IMG/VR virus record: IMGVR_UViG_3300031088_000759
Source of the DNA: a virus
Strand: one strand, 5' to 3'
Length of the DNA stretch: 64,000 nucleotides
Every line of letters starts with the position of its first letter. The stretch's first letter is position 1. The position numbers and the translations under genes were made by a program. The notes below the pieces were generated by a model, which was not told the DNA's origin, made no database searches, and worked only from the letters and a program-made list of their open reading frames with translations. Shown here piece after piece: positions 20,798-30,969 of this stretch.

Positions 20798-22339
20798 TCA
20801 TTTTTTGTTGTTTTTGAGAGCGGAAGGAGTGCGTGAAAGGAACAACATAGCTGCTCCAAAGATACCAGCGATTCCTGCAGCTGCTGCGTAAAGGATTGAA
20901 TTGTTTTGGAACATTTCAGCTCCTGTGTCCACAGTACCAGGTCCGTTAATGTCGCTTTCTGCCCCTGTTCCTGTGTTAGTAGTAGAATCATCTCCTACAA
21001 CAGGGTTTCCGTTTTCGTCAACTCTATCAGTTCCATTGTCATTTGTTGGATCATCATCTGAAGCAGGAGCATCAGGTCCACCTACAACAGAAGGATCATC
21101 TGTTTCATCTTGGTCAACACCAGCATCAGGTTCTTCTCCACCATCTGAATCATTCCCGTTTCCGGCTTCAGCTTGCGCAAAGTTAACTGTTATAGTTCCC
21201 TGAGCAACTCCACCCTCATTATTCATAACAGTGTAAATTGCCTTTGCTGAGTCGCCTTGGAAACTTCCATAAGCTTCAAATACGAAACCATTTTCCCCAT
21301 CAACACTCCATTCTCCAATTGATGGTTGTTGAAGGTCTTTACCATTGTTCAACACGATTTGTTCATCACCATCAGCAATAAAGCTTAATGAACCCTTGTC
21401 AACATTACTAGGTAAATTGCCACCATCTGTGCCGAAACTTACAGTAACAGGCCCGCCCTTAGAAGCATTATCTACTGTAAGGTTAGGTGTTTCAAATTCT
21501 TCTGGATCTTCATCATCAATTGGAGCAGCAGGAGCTGGTGCTGCTGGAGCCATTAATGTACGAGCTACGCCGTTTCCAGAAGTAACTTCAACTTTTTCAA
21601 CTGTCTTTGACTCTGTTGACTCGACAGTCTCTTCTTTTTTCTCTTTTGACTCTGTCTTTTCAGCAACTACTTCGGATTCGTCTACTTCTTCAACTTTTTC
21701 TTCATCAGGATAGTCAAGAAGAATATTTCCTGTAACAGCAGATTCGTCAAGTTCATCAAGGTTCACAACAGTATCAGCATTTTTCGCATCAACTTTCTCA
21801 GTTTGAACAGTTTCACGGTCATTAAGTTCTACTACATTTTCTGATTCAACATCAGATTCAGTGTTTTCTACAATGCTGTATGAAATAGTAGGATCGCCTG
21901 TGAAGCCTTCTGCGGGCTTAAAGTCTAAGCTGAGAAGATTTCCTTCTGTGTCAGTCAAAAATACCCATACACCCTCTTTTTCGACTGTTACAGTAGTCTT
22001 CTGACCTTTAGCCTTGTCAGCATCATCAAATACTGTTTCTACTTTTACATTTTCTTTTGAAACAGTTTTGAGGTTTTGAGCAGTTTCATCTCCACCATTA
22101 TCTGAAGCTGAAGATTTTTCGGAACTGAGCACTATTTTGAAATTTCCTTCCAATCCAAGCTCAAGGAGTTGTTCTTGGTTTAAGAGAACATTTGTTCCTG
22201 CTTCTTCAACTTTTTCAACAACCTCTTTATGTGAAGCTTTTGTTGTAATGCTTTCAGCCATTGCAGGTGAAACTGCTAATGCCACAGCAGACAAGCCTAC
22301 GATACCGCTTGATAGGAGCATATTTTTCTTTCTTTTCAT
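20798..22339 (-). CDS. Secreted, sortase-anchored surface protein with Ig-like domains
   Basis: Signal peptide (..SPAMA), FKPAEGFTGDPTISY and GEWSVDG..YTV modules, acidic linker, VDTGA + TM + basic tail. Confidence 0.8.
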   Translation of the reverse strand: MKRKKNMLLSSGIVGLSAVALAVSPAMAESITTKASHKEVVEKVEEAGTNVLLNQEQLLELGLEGNFKIVLSSEKSSASDNGGDETAQNLKTVSKENVKVETVFDDADKAKGQKTTVTVEKEGVWVFLTDTEGNLLSLDFKPAEGFTGDPTISYSIVENTESDVESENVVELNDRETVQTEKVDAKNADTVVNLDELDESAVTGNILLDYPDEEKVEEVDESEVVAEKTESKEKKEETVESTESKTVEKVEVTSGNGVARTLMAPAAPAPAAPIDDEDPEEFETPNLTVDNASKGGPVTVSFGTDGGNLPSNVDKGSLSFIADGDEQIVLNNGKDLQQPSIGEWSVDGENGFVFEAYGSFQGDSAKAIYTVMNNEGGVAQGTITVNFAQAEAGNGNDSDGGEEPDAGVDQDETDDPSVVGGPDAPASDDDPTNDNGTDRVDENGNPVVGDDSTTNTGTGAESDINGPGTVDTGAEMFQNNSILYAAAAGIAGIFGAAMLFLSRTPSALKNNKK

Positions 22340-22579
22340 AAATACCTAATTCCTTATCCTTATTGACAAAAAGTTTTTATTGTTTTTTGCCTATTTATGG
22401 TTTTTTGGTCTGTTATGTATATCAGCAATTATAATTTCATTCTTCATCATCAACTATCTTTTTATGGTATGTATCACTAAACACGAAAATCTTCACAAAA
22501 TCTTCAAAAAACAACATAAAATAGCCTTGTTTTATCTCAGCAAATTCAAAAATTATATATTGATGAATAGCCAACAACC

Positions 22580-23707
22580 TCAAAGTTCTACTTCAGCACC
22601 CATGGACTTCAAAGCAGCAATTCTCTCATGTGTAGGTGGATGTGTTCTTAAACCTTCTTTAACACTGAAAAACGCTAAGTGGTGAGCACTATCCGATAAT
22701 TTACGCGCTTCTTTCTCTTTTTTCTTTTTATCAGCGTGCTTGCTGCTGTCATCTTTTTTGGAAAGTTTGCTCTTATAAGATTCATCAATTTTTAGTAAAG
22801 CTTCGGCTAATGCAGTAGGGTTTCTTGTCAATCTCACAGACATAGCATCAGCCTGAGATTCACGTTGTCTTGACATGAAAGCATTAGCAACCATAGAAAG
22901 GAAAGGGGCTACAATAAGAAAGATCACTGAAACAACAGTAATCACAACTGCGATTGGATTGTTATTGCTATTATTGTTGTTTCCTCCATAGAACATGTAT
23001 CTAAATCCACCTGATAAGAAGCTCACAAAAGAAGTCATAGCTATAATTTTTGTCATTGCCTTAGAATCACCTGATACAAGATGACCTAACTCATGAGCAA
23101 TAACTGCTTGCAATTGTTCTCTATTCAATATGTTCTTCAATCCTTCTGTAATGATTACTAATGTTCCCTGCGGTGAGGAAAGAGCATAAGCATTTGTCTC
23201 ATCAGTTGGATCTATATACACAATAGGGTAATCTTTTTGAGGAATTCCAGCTGCTACACACATTTCTTCCACAAGGTTATAGATAGGTCCATCTTCAACC
23301 TTCTGCGCTTTTGGTGAGGCTGTGAGCATAATAGTTTTATAAGAGAAGTGAGACACCAAAAGCGTAACTACTATTCCTAAAACAATTGAAAGAGGAGTTG
23401 TTATGATGAAAAAATTTTTCATATTCGATTGAAAAAAGTCATTCAAAGCTACAATTGAAGCAGCTTGAAAAGTAAGAACTAAAATAATAAAGTTTATAAC
23501 CCATGACACAGCAATACCAGTTCGAAGTTTAGACAGCTGTTCTCTGAAATCAATTTTTTCAACTTTTGCTAATGCCTTATTCAACTTCTCTTCTTTATCA
23601 GCATTTTCCTGACGAGCTTTGGAGAAGACATTTTGAATCTGAGCACTGTTATCCACAAACTGATCCTTAAACGAATCATTCATGTTTTTATTGCTCTCTA
23701 CTGACAT
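22580..23707 (-). CDS. htpX: M48 family zinc metalloprotease HtpX
   Basis: NAYA, ITEGL, AVIAHELGH, SRQRESQADA, THPPTHERI. Confidence 0.92.
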   Translation of the reverse strand: MSVESNKNMNDSFKDQFVDNSAQIQNVFSKARQENADKEEKLNKALAKVEKIDFREQLSKLRTGIAVSWVINFIILVLTFQAASIVALNDFFQSNMKNFFIITTPLSIVLGIVVTLLVSHFSYKTIMLTASPKAQKVEDGPIYNLVEEMCVAAGIPQKDYPIVYIDPTDETNAYALSSPQGTLVIITEGLKNILNREQLQAVIAHELGHLVSGDSKAMTKIIAMTSFVSFLSGGFRYMFYGGNNNNSNNNPIAVVITVVSVIFLIVAPFLSMVANAFMSRQRESQADAMSVRLTRNPTALAEALLKIDESYKSKLSKKDDSSKHADKKKKEKEARKLSDSAHHLAFFSVKEGLRTHPPTHERIAALKSMGAEVEL

Positions 23708-23823
23708 ACACTCACCTCTTCGTCAATTCCAGAAAACCTTCTGCTACCTGAGAGAATGTACTACAACAAAACTAAAATGCTGTAATAAATAATTATAGAA
23801 ACATTCTCTCAGGTTTAATAAAA

Positions 23824-24411
23824 TCAGAAGGATACTTTGGGTGCTACTCTTGCTTCTTCGTTTTCTACGTCGAAGAATGTTCGGTTTTCGAATTTACCGA
23901 ATTTCGCAACAAAGTTAGTCGGAAAGCTTTCACGAGCTGTATTATAGTTATTCACATTCTCGTTATAGTTTTGACGAGCGAAACTTACTTTATTCTCAGT
24001 AGAAGTAAGTTCTTCTTGAAGATTAATGAAGTTAGCGCTTGCTTTCAAATCAGGGTAATTTTCAGCAACAGCGTTAATGCTCATAGCAGCCCTATCAAGT
24101 TGATGACGCGCTTCTGTGGCACCTTCTACGCTTCCTGAGTTAAGAGCAGCACCAGCTTGTGCTCTTGCTTCTGTAACCTTTTCGAATACATTGTCCTCAT
24201 GTTTAGCATACCCTTTAACTGTTTCCACAAGATTAGGTATGAGGTCAAACCTTCTTTGTAGTTGTGTGCTAATTTGAGCGAAACCTTCATCAACTCTATT
24301 GCGCAACCTGATTAACTTGTTATAACTAGTCCATATGAACGCTATAACGGCAACAACCAAAACTACAACCGCTAAAACACCTACAAGCAATACTATTGTT
24401 AGTGAACTCAT
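23824..24411 (-). CDS. lemA: LemA family protein
   Basis: YNKLIRLRN, QLQRRFDLIPNLVETVKGYAKHE, ENYPDLKASANF..LQEELTSTENK. Confidence 0.96.
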   Translation of the reverse strand: MSSLTIVLLVGVLAVVVLVVAVIAFIWTSYNKLIRLRNRVDEGFAQISTQLQRRFDLIPNLVETVKGYAKHEDNVFEKVTEARAQAGAALNSGSVEGATEARHQLDRAAMSINAVAENYPDLKASANFINLQEELTSTENKVSFARQNYNENVNNYNTARESFPTNFVAKFGKFENRTFFDVENEEARVAPKVSF

Positions 24412-24521
24412 CTTGAACCAACTCCGTTTTATACATATAGTCTATCGTCGTGATTTATTCAACTTACTAAAGTAATATCTTAAAAATTATTGATCATCAG
24501 TTTCGCTTATTGTCAAACAAT

Positions 24522-25115
24522 TCATACTTTTTGTGAAAAGAATTTTTTACTATACACTTGTTTAGCCCATATCGTATTGAAACCATCAATACCAGGAAAA
24601 CGAGGATCCGCAATTTGAGGATCATTCTTTTCAATACATAGACCATTCAAAAACTTTTCACAATCCTCTTCTAACGATTGCATCAAATCAGCATCTTGAA
24701 TAATTTTTTCGGATAACTCAGAAACTTCATGATGAGGAAATTCAGTTGAACGAATCAATCTCTCTACTATCTTAACAATTGATTCTTTTACACTGTTTTC
24801 TTGACATAAAAAACGAGAGAATTTAACAGCTTCCCCAATGTTAACCTCTTCTGTTTCACCTATAACATACATTGCATCGTGAGACAATCCAGCGATTGCT
24901 AATGATTGTATCTGTTCCAACTCAAGATTATAATACTGACCACCTTCAACAGCACGCAAAGCAACAGTGAGAAGATGCTGAAAATTATGATAAGGATGAT
25001 CATTGCTATTGTTCACTATATATGCCTGGCTAATAATGTTAGGATCTAAACCTATTTCCTTAAAAGCAGTAAACAGCGAAGCAGCTCTTTTAAAATCATT
25101 TTTCATCTTACACAC
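24522..25115 (-). CDS. HD-domain phosphohydrolase
   Basis: PYHNFQH, AGLSHDA, STEFPH, IIQDADL. Confidence 0.85.
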   Translation of the reverse strand: MCKMKNDFKRAASLFTAFKEIGLDPNIISQAYIVNNSNDHPYHNFQHLLTVALRAVEGGQYYNLELEQIQSLAIAGLSHDAMYVIGETEEVNIGEAVKFSRFLCQENSVKESIVKIVERLIRSTEFPHHEVSELSEKIIQDADLMQSLEEDCEKFLNGLCIEKNDPQIADPRFPGIDGFNTIWAKQVYSKKFFSQKV

Positions 25116-25237
25116 CTAACTAACTATTCTCTATTCGTATTTGACCAGCTCAATCATAGCATTATTCTAAAAAATAGTTAAATAAAAACAGTTATTAAGA
25201 TGCGTTTTGTGAGTTATTTCTCAAGCTTCCACTATAA

Positions 25238-25717
25238 TTACAATTTTTTGAACTGAATCATTGTGAAAAATATATAACCAACAAGAAGAAACAGCAGAGG
25301 GTTCCAGAAAGCAATAATACTGCTTAAATAAGAAGTTATTATCGCTCCGGCAAGAGACAGAGAAAAAACTATAACCCTAGCTAGAATAGCAGGTCCGTAT
25401 GATTTATCGCTGAATAGTATATCTGTTGGCTTTTCAGCAATGTCTTTGTATTTTGCTTTTAAGATTTTTGACATCAATTGATTAAGGCACACTACTATCA
25501 ATGTTGAAACAAGAAAGATGATAAGAGTATTATAAAAACCAGCATGTATTTCTTTGTAGAACATCATAGAAAGAGGAACAAGAGATAACCCAATCAGGAT
25601 ACACCGAGCAATGATTTGATCTTTAACACTGATTGTTTTCTTAGGTTTCTTCGGAAGCTCATTATTGAACTTCTTAATAAATTCTTGATAATCCAGATTC
25701 TTTTTTTCGTGGCCCAT
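25238..25717 (-). CDS. Four-TM membrane protein
   Basis: Start probably MGHEKK (GGAG RBS); four hydrophobic segments. Confidence 0.6.
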   Translation of the reverse strand: MGHEKKNLDYQEFIKKFNNELPKKPKKTISVKDQIIARCILIGLSLVPLSMMFYKEIHAGFYNTLIIFLVSTLIVVCLNQLMSKILKAKYKDIAEKPTDILFSDKSYGPAILARVIVFSLSLAGAIITSYLSSIIAFWNPLLFLLVGYIFFTMIQFKKL

Positions 25718-25820
25718 TTTTTCTCCATGCCCAATATGCTCAATTGAAACAATTTTAACAAATTTATTTGAACGAATAGAATGAATTGACATAATAGAAG
25801 TTTTTAAGTATAATGCTTTC

Positions 25821-26462
25821 ATGAATAATTTTAATAAAGATTTTAGAGAAGTTTATATTTCGGTGGATATTGAGGCCACAGGTCCGATTCCCGGTGAATA
25901 TAGTATGTCTTCCATCGGTGCTTTTGTCGCTGGAGGAATCACTAAAGAAGGAGAATACATCAGTTTTGATCATCTTGATAAATCCAATGTATTCTATGCT
26001 GAACTGAAACCTATCAGCGAAAAATTTGATTCAAATGCTATTAAGGTTGGACTTCTTGATGGTTTTGACAAGAATGATGAAGATGTTGATGGAAGCCTTC
26101 GTCATGAGTGGATGAAAGTGTATGGATTAGATCCTGCAACAGCCATGAATGATTTTGCTAACTTTGCGAAAGAAGCTTCAACTCGATATGGTGCACGACC
26201 TATTTTCATGGCTTATCCAGCTTCCTTCGATTGGACTTTTGTCTACTGGTATTTCCGAAAGTTTGAAGTAGAATCACCATTCGGTTTTTCAGGTGTACTT
26301 GATTTGAAAACATACTTTTCAGCAAAATTCAACAAAGCAATCAGTAGATCCACAAAGCGTTATATGCCTAAACGTTTGTTCTCTAACTTACCTCACACTC
26401 ACAGAGCTGATGATGATGCTATTGAACAAGGTATCATGGGAATGAATCTGCTCAAAGACTGA
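25821..26462 (+). CDS. DEDDh 3'-5' exonuclease/exoribonuclease
   Basis: ISVDIEATGPIPG, AYPASFDW, LDLKT, HTHRADDDA. Confidence 0.9.
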   Translation: MNNFNKDFREVYISVDIEATGPIPGEYSMSSIGAFVAGGITKEGEYISFDHLDKSNVFYAELKPISEKFDSNAIKVGLLDGFDKNDEDVDGSLRHEWMKVYGLDPATAMNDFANFAKEASTRYGARPIFMAYPASFDWTFVYWYFRKFEVESPFGFSGVLDLKTYFSAKFNKAISRSTKRYMPKRLFSNLPHTHRADDDAIEQGIMGMNLLKD

Positions 26463-26489
26463 TATGATAAATCAACCTCATATATTCCC

Positions 26490-27680
26490 TCATTCGGCTG
26501 TTTTCGCAATCTGATAGCCGAATGAGGGAATACTGTTATCCCATTTTTTAACACTTTGTTCCATTAAATCATACTCTTCATCATCAATCTTGTATATTCT
26601 ACATATCTGATCAGTCAACAATTCATGCTTTTCTTCAAAATCCAACCTGAACAGTTCATTTTTCTCAGAGTCGAATGAATCTTTGATAAAACCTGTTTCA
26701 AAATCAACATCAGGAATCAAACGGTAATTGTTTCTGACAGTACTAGGAACAGGAGTTATTACACCAAACATAAACATGGCAAAAACAGTTTTCATATACC
26801 TCAGTGCGTTCAAAGCGGATTCTTCTGTGTTATATGTGCCCACTTGAAGAAAGCTTCCGCCGCATATCTCACCAGGCTTCAGAATGAATAACCTATTCTG
26901 TCTTCTCAAAGTATTGTTTTTTCTGTCAGGATCAGCAGTTCTACTTGCCATTAATTTATATTTCTCATCAGAGTGCTTTCCAGCGTTTTTTGGAATAACA
27001 GTAGTGTAAACTCCACCTTTATTACTTGAATAATAAATTCTTGTGAAATGTTCTAAATCTTCGGTTCCTATTGTACTCAGTCTTTGCTTTTCAGGAACTT
27101 CCAATGATAGTTTTTCAATACTCTGATCTGTTTCAAGGTGTATACCATAATAGTTTCTAGGCATGACTGTTATGTGTTTAACAGGTTTCACTTTTTTCAC
27201 TATATTTGAAAACCTAGGATCAACAACCATTATTTCATATTCATTAATAAGAGTTTTTCTTTCTTCGAACATATTATTATAAATATAATGAACTTTATCG
27301 TTAACTTTTCTAGTCCAATGAAAGTAATTGACACCTCCTTTTATGGAATTGTTTTCAAAAACACCAGCTTCATCCGAATCAATAATAAAAGTTTTGTAAT
27401 GTTTCGATTGAAGTTCACAAGTACGAAAATCTTCTACTCCCTCACCTCTTCCACCTATTATCCATCTCGAAGGATAGATCATAGATATATTCTTACTGAA
27501 AACTTTAGCAACATTCATAAAATGATGATAAATCGCTATTGAGCCGTTTCCTGTCTCTTTTTGATAAGGAGGGTTGCTAACAGCAGCACCAAAGGTTTTT
27601 GTTTGAACATCAATACTATTCTTCACCTCTGAAGAACTCACAAAAACTTTTAATCTTTCTTCTAAAACTTTTGACATCAA
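26490..27680 (-). CDS. Eco57I-type adenine methyltransferase, C-terminal portion (NPPY + recognition region)
   Basis: SNPPYQ only ~35 aa from the N-terminus, IYHHF, IYPSRW, IKGGVNYF; no SAM-binding motif I visible. Confidence 0.8.
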   Translation of the reverse strand: MMSKVLEERLKVFVSSSEVKNSIDVQTKTFGAAVSNPPYQKETGNGSIAIYHHFMNVAKVFSKNISMIYPSRWIIGGRGEGVEDFRTCELQSKHYKTFIIDSDEAGVFENNSIKGGVNYFHWTRKVNDKVHYIYNNMFEERKTLINEYEIMVVDPRFSNIVKKVKPVKHITVMPRNYYGIHLETDQSIEKLSLEVPEKQRLSTIGTEDLEHFTRIYYSSNKGGVYTTVIPKNAGKHSDEKYKLMASRTADPDRKNNTLRRQNRLFILKPGEICGGSFLQVGTYNTEESALNALRYMKTVFAMFMFGVITPVPSTVRNNYRLIPDVDFETGFIKDSFDSEKNELFRLDFEEKHELLTDQICRIYKIDDEEYDLMEQSVKKWDNSIPSFGYQIAKTAE

Positions 27681-27719
27681 TGAAACTCTTTCTTATGGAA
27701 GATATATTAAAAATATCTA

Positions 27720-28520
27720 TCAAGAACCGAAATAAGAAGTGTTTCCCGAAGAACGCTTATCTCTAATACTAATTCTATTTTCTTCAAGAATGCCATCATT
27801 TTCTATAAGCCGAGTCATCATTTCGTCTTCTGATTTATTTTGCGTTGTATTGATGCTTTGTAGAACTTCTTTAATCTCTTCAACATTATTGTTTATTGTT
27901 TCTTCTCTTTGAGCAGACAAATTTACATCTTTATTTTCTTCGTGAGAGAACACTTTGCTGAAAGAATTATCGTATCCGTATATATCTTCGTTTTCAGACG
28001 CTTCTTTCATCATTCTTTCAACTTCGTCAGGTATGTTCTTACCTGTCTTTTCAAAAATGTATTCTTGATATGCTTTACTGTAAGCATTTATTACTTCTAA
28101 TGAAGACTTGTCAAATAATTCTTCTTCTAGTTCAAAGACAGGCATTGCTAAAGGGTCTTCGTAAATTGGCTTATCTTCGTCACGACCACCAATCGTAAAA
28201 TCTTTCTTAGTTACTAAAAAATTATTCATGGCTTTGGAAAGAATAGCGAAAATAGGTATTCCAGTTATGACGAATAAGGGAATTAATGCGGGAGCAACAG
28301 AAGTGAAAAAAGTAATCCATAACCCTATTGTTGCAGATATAACAGCACCATTGAACAATGCTTGAGGAACAGTGTGTTCAGTTAGTTCTTTTTTGGATAC
28401 AGGATAAACTTTGACAACAGATTCTTTCTGTTTGTTCTTCTTTTTCTCGATTCTGAGTATAGCATCAGTGCCTGCTATATCAACAAAACGGATATTGCCT
28501 GCTAATATATCATTTGACAT
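27720..28520 (-). CDS. Membrane protein
   Basis: Two TMs, acidic C-terminal region. Confidence 0.6.
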   Translation of the reverse strand: MSNDILAGNIRFVDIAGTDAILRIEKKKNKQKESVVKVYPVSKKELTEHTVPQALFNGAVISATIGLWITFFTSVAPALIPLFVITGIPIFAILSKAMNNFLVTKKDFTIGGRDEDKPIYEDPLAMPVFELEEELFDKSSLEVINAYSKAYQEYIFEKTGKNIPDEVERMMKEASENEDIYGYDNSFSKVFSHEENKDVNLSAQREETINNNVEEIKEVLQSINTTQNKSEDEMMTRLIENDGILEENRISIRDKRSSGNTSYFGS

Positions 28521-28567
28521 GCTTTATCACTCCAAAAATAATAATGTACTGTTTATAGCATATTTTA

Positions 28568-28876
28568 TCAATCAGATTCATTTTTAACATCAACAAAAAT
28601 ACTACTGAATGTTTTGTCTTGTTTAGGAGAACACGGTTCAACAATATCTACATTTTCAGTGAAAATCTTTTCTGTGTACTCATCCTTCGAAAACTCATTA
28701 TCATAAAACAAATGATCTACATAAACTGCGCTGATTACAGACAGAGGAAAAAACACAAGTGCAAAGACAATAAGACCTAATCCTTCTGCTTTTGTCAAAT
28801 TCGTAAATAAGAAGAACAAAGACAAAAAGATTAGAGCACCTTTTGGCATGGATAGAGCATAACGATTCAATGACAT
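28568..28876 (-). CDS. Small two-TM protein
   Basis: Hydrophobic N-terminal half; GAAAGG RBS. Confidence 0.55.
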   Translation of the reverse strand: MSLNRYALSMPKGALIFLSLFFLFTNLTKAEGLGLIVFALVFFPLSVISAVYVDHLFYDNEFSKDEYTEKIFTENVDIVEPCSPKQDKTFSSIFVDVKNESD

Positions 28877-28996
28877 TGGAAACCTTTCATATTCAATAAT
28901 AAATTAATTCTATCAAAACAATATATTCAGCAATTATTAAATTTAGCGAGATCCTACAATAAATAGAGGACAAAAATAGCAAAATCAGTATCCTCA

Positions 28997-29143
28997 AAAT
29001 CGCTAAGAAAATACACCTCAAATAGAACCGTTTTTAGGCTAAGTATTTGAGGTGTATTTTTATGTTTTTCAAAGTATTTTGTAAAAAACGTATTTTAAAG
29101 TAAGGGGGCTGTAAAGACTGTTTGCTTAAATTTAAAACGCTTA
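28997..29143 (+). repeat. Dispersed non-coding element, copy B
   Basis: AAATCGCTAA (28997), arms aaaatacacctcaaata/tatttgaggtgtatttt with 19-nt spacer, GGGGG at 29104, AAAACGCTTA at 29134. Confidence 0.75.
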
Positions 29144-29287
29144 CAGAGCGGACTCATCTTCTTGAACAAACTCAATAGCATCCATTGTCATCAGCGCATC
29201 TACAACACCAACAGCATCATTCTCAGCAAAGCAAATTTCAGCAATTACAGCAGCTTCACGCATCATCACAAGGTATTGATCCATCAT
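29141..29287 (-). CDS. 48-aa small protein (not in ORF track)
   Basis: MMDQYLVMMREAAVIAEICFAENDAVGVVDALMTMDAIEFVQEDESAL*, GAAGGA RBS. Confidence 0.6.
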   Translation of the reverse strand: MMDQYLVMMREAAVIAEICFAENDAVGVVDALMTMDAIEFVQEDESAL

Positions 29288-29352
29288 GTTTTCCTTCTCT
29301 TAAAATCTTGGCTAATTCTTAGAACACAATATATCTCATCTCTACAACAAAG

Positions 29353-29820
29353 TCAATTACCACGACTAACAATATAAAGATGAGAAGTATCCATGAGGTA
29401 TAACGCTTCGAGAACTTTTCCCCAATCTCCACCTCCGAGACCACATCCAATGTTTTCAGGAATATAGACATTAGCACTTTCTTGCTTAGCCTTCAACAGA
29501 ACTTTCTCAATATTCCTAATCAATGCTTCTTCATCAGTATACTTAACATTATTCTTATACGCATTGCCATAATACTCTTGCGTATAAGAATTGACTCCAA
29601 TCAAATCATTATTCAATTGAACGTACTGTAAATGATTGACAATAGAACGACCTTCTTCAGAAAATTTTTGAATCTCTTTGTGATACTCTTCTTTGATAAG
29701 AGGATACCTTCTCAAAAACTCTCCGGCAAATCCTGAGCGCATAGAATTTTGACAATTGACTTGATGAACTATGTATCCATTTTTTGCGTAGTCAAATAAG
29801 TTTCCTTGTAAAGTTTTCAT
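29353..29820 (-). CDS. Macro domain (ADP-ribose binding/hydrolase) protein, phage type
   Basis: GNLFD, IVHQVNCQNSMRSGFA, IPENIGCGLGGGDW. Confidence 0.9.
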   Translation of the reverse strand: MKTLQGNLFDYAKNGYIVHQVNCQNSMRSGFAGEFLRRYPLIKEEYHKEIQKFSEEGRSIVNHLQYVQLNNDLIGVNSYTQEYYGNAYKNNVKYTDEEALIRNIEKVLLKAKQESANVYIPENIGCGLGGGDWGKVLEALYLMDTSHLYIVSRGN

Positions 29821-30290
29821 TTATTTCTTCCTCTTCTACTTAGTGTATTGAACGAAGCAGTATTCATTTTAGTATTTATTCTTTTGAAGATACTGAATGG
29901 TTGAGATAAAGTACGTTCAGAAGTTTTTAAATTGTTCTCATATTCTTTAATCAAAAACACAATAATACAACATGGGACAAGGAGTAATGGAAATAAAGTT
30001 GCCCATATTACAGAATTGAAACCAACCACCAAGAAAACATTCTCAATTTGTTCATACGAAATATAATCATTTCTGCCCATAAAACCAGAAATAAACAAAA
30101 CCGGACTAACCATCATTGACATAACCATGAGAAAAATTCCAAAAGTTTTATCAATAATCTTATCCGCTTTACTCACAACAATATATCCTGCTACAAAGAG
30201 AACAATCATTATCGCAAGCAAAGCAATATACAAAATCACTAAGGGATTATTCATCAGATGAAAAGATTCATTCAGCATAAGATTTCTCAA
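29817..30290 (-). CDS. Three-TM membrane protein
   Basis: Hydrophobic segments; stop overlaps the macro gene start. Confidence 0.6.
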   Translation of the reverse strand: MRNLMLNESFHLMNNPLVILYIALLAIMIVLFVAGYIVVSKADKIIDKTFGIFLMVMSMMVSPVLFISGFMGRNDYISYEQIENVFLVVGFNSVIWATLFPLLLVPCCIIVFLIKEYENNLKTSERTLSQPFSIFKRINTKMNTASFNTLSRRGRNK

Positions 30291-30299
30291 TTTCTTGAA

Positions 30300-30923
30300 T
30301 CAGGGTTTTTCGCCAAATACATCATCGAATTTCATGGAAGAATTCTTTTGAGTGGCAGCTTTTACTTCAACTGGTTCGGCTTCACGAGAAGAAGAACTTT
30401 TGCTTGAACTGAACAAAGCATCCATAGCTTCTTGTGTATCATTATCCAGATTAATTTTATTAGCCTCTCGAAGCTTAGCATATTCAGCTTGACTCTTTTC
30501 AGCAAGCTTCATCAATTCAGCTTCTTTTTTGCTAACTTTGTTATCTTTTTTCTTTTTCTTCTTTTCAGTGTCTTCACTGTTATCTTTTTCTTCACCAAGT
30601 TTTATGTTTTTAGCAAGTTTGCTTAAATTTGTGAAACCAATCTTTTCCGCGCCAAGAGAACCTACTTTTCCAACTAGATTCTCCTGCTCAGATTTTCTTT
30701 TCATAAGGTCAATAACTACTGAAATAATTATTCCAATTGCTAAACCACTTAACAAAAGCGACACTAAAAAGCTAATGACAGGAATGCTTACCATGCTGTT
30801 TATGATAGCAGCAACAAACACAAAGCCTGCTAAAAGCATTCGTTTCTGGTTCCAGCTTTGTTTACCCCAAAAACTACTAAAACCTTCTTTTATCTTGTTC
30901 AAAAATTTTTTCATTATTCTCAC
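30300..30923 (-). CDS. Membrane protein with charged tail
   Basis: Two TMs, Lys/Glu-rich C-terminus. Confidence 0.6.
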   Translation of the reverse strand: MRIMKKFLNKIKEGFSSFWGKQSWNQKRMLLAGFVFVAAIINSMVSIPVISFLVSLLLSGLAIGIIISVVIDLMKRKSEQENLVGKVGSLGAEKIGFTNLSKLAKNIKLGEEKDNSEDTEKKKKKKDNKVSKKEAELMKLAEKSQAEYAKLREANKINLDNDTQEAMDALFSSSKSSSSREAEPVEVKAATQKNSSMKFDDVFGEKP

Positions 30924-30969
30924 TTATCCTATATGTTATCTCACAAAGCTATATTCAATCACACTAAAA

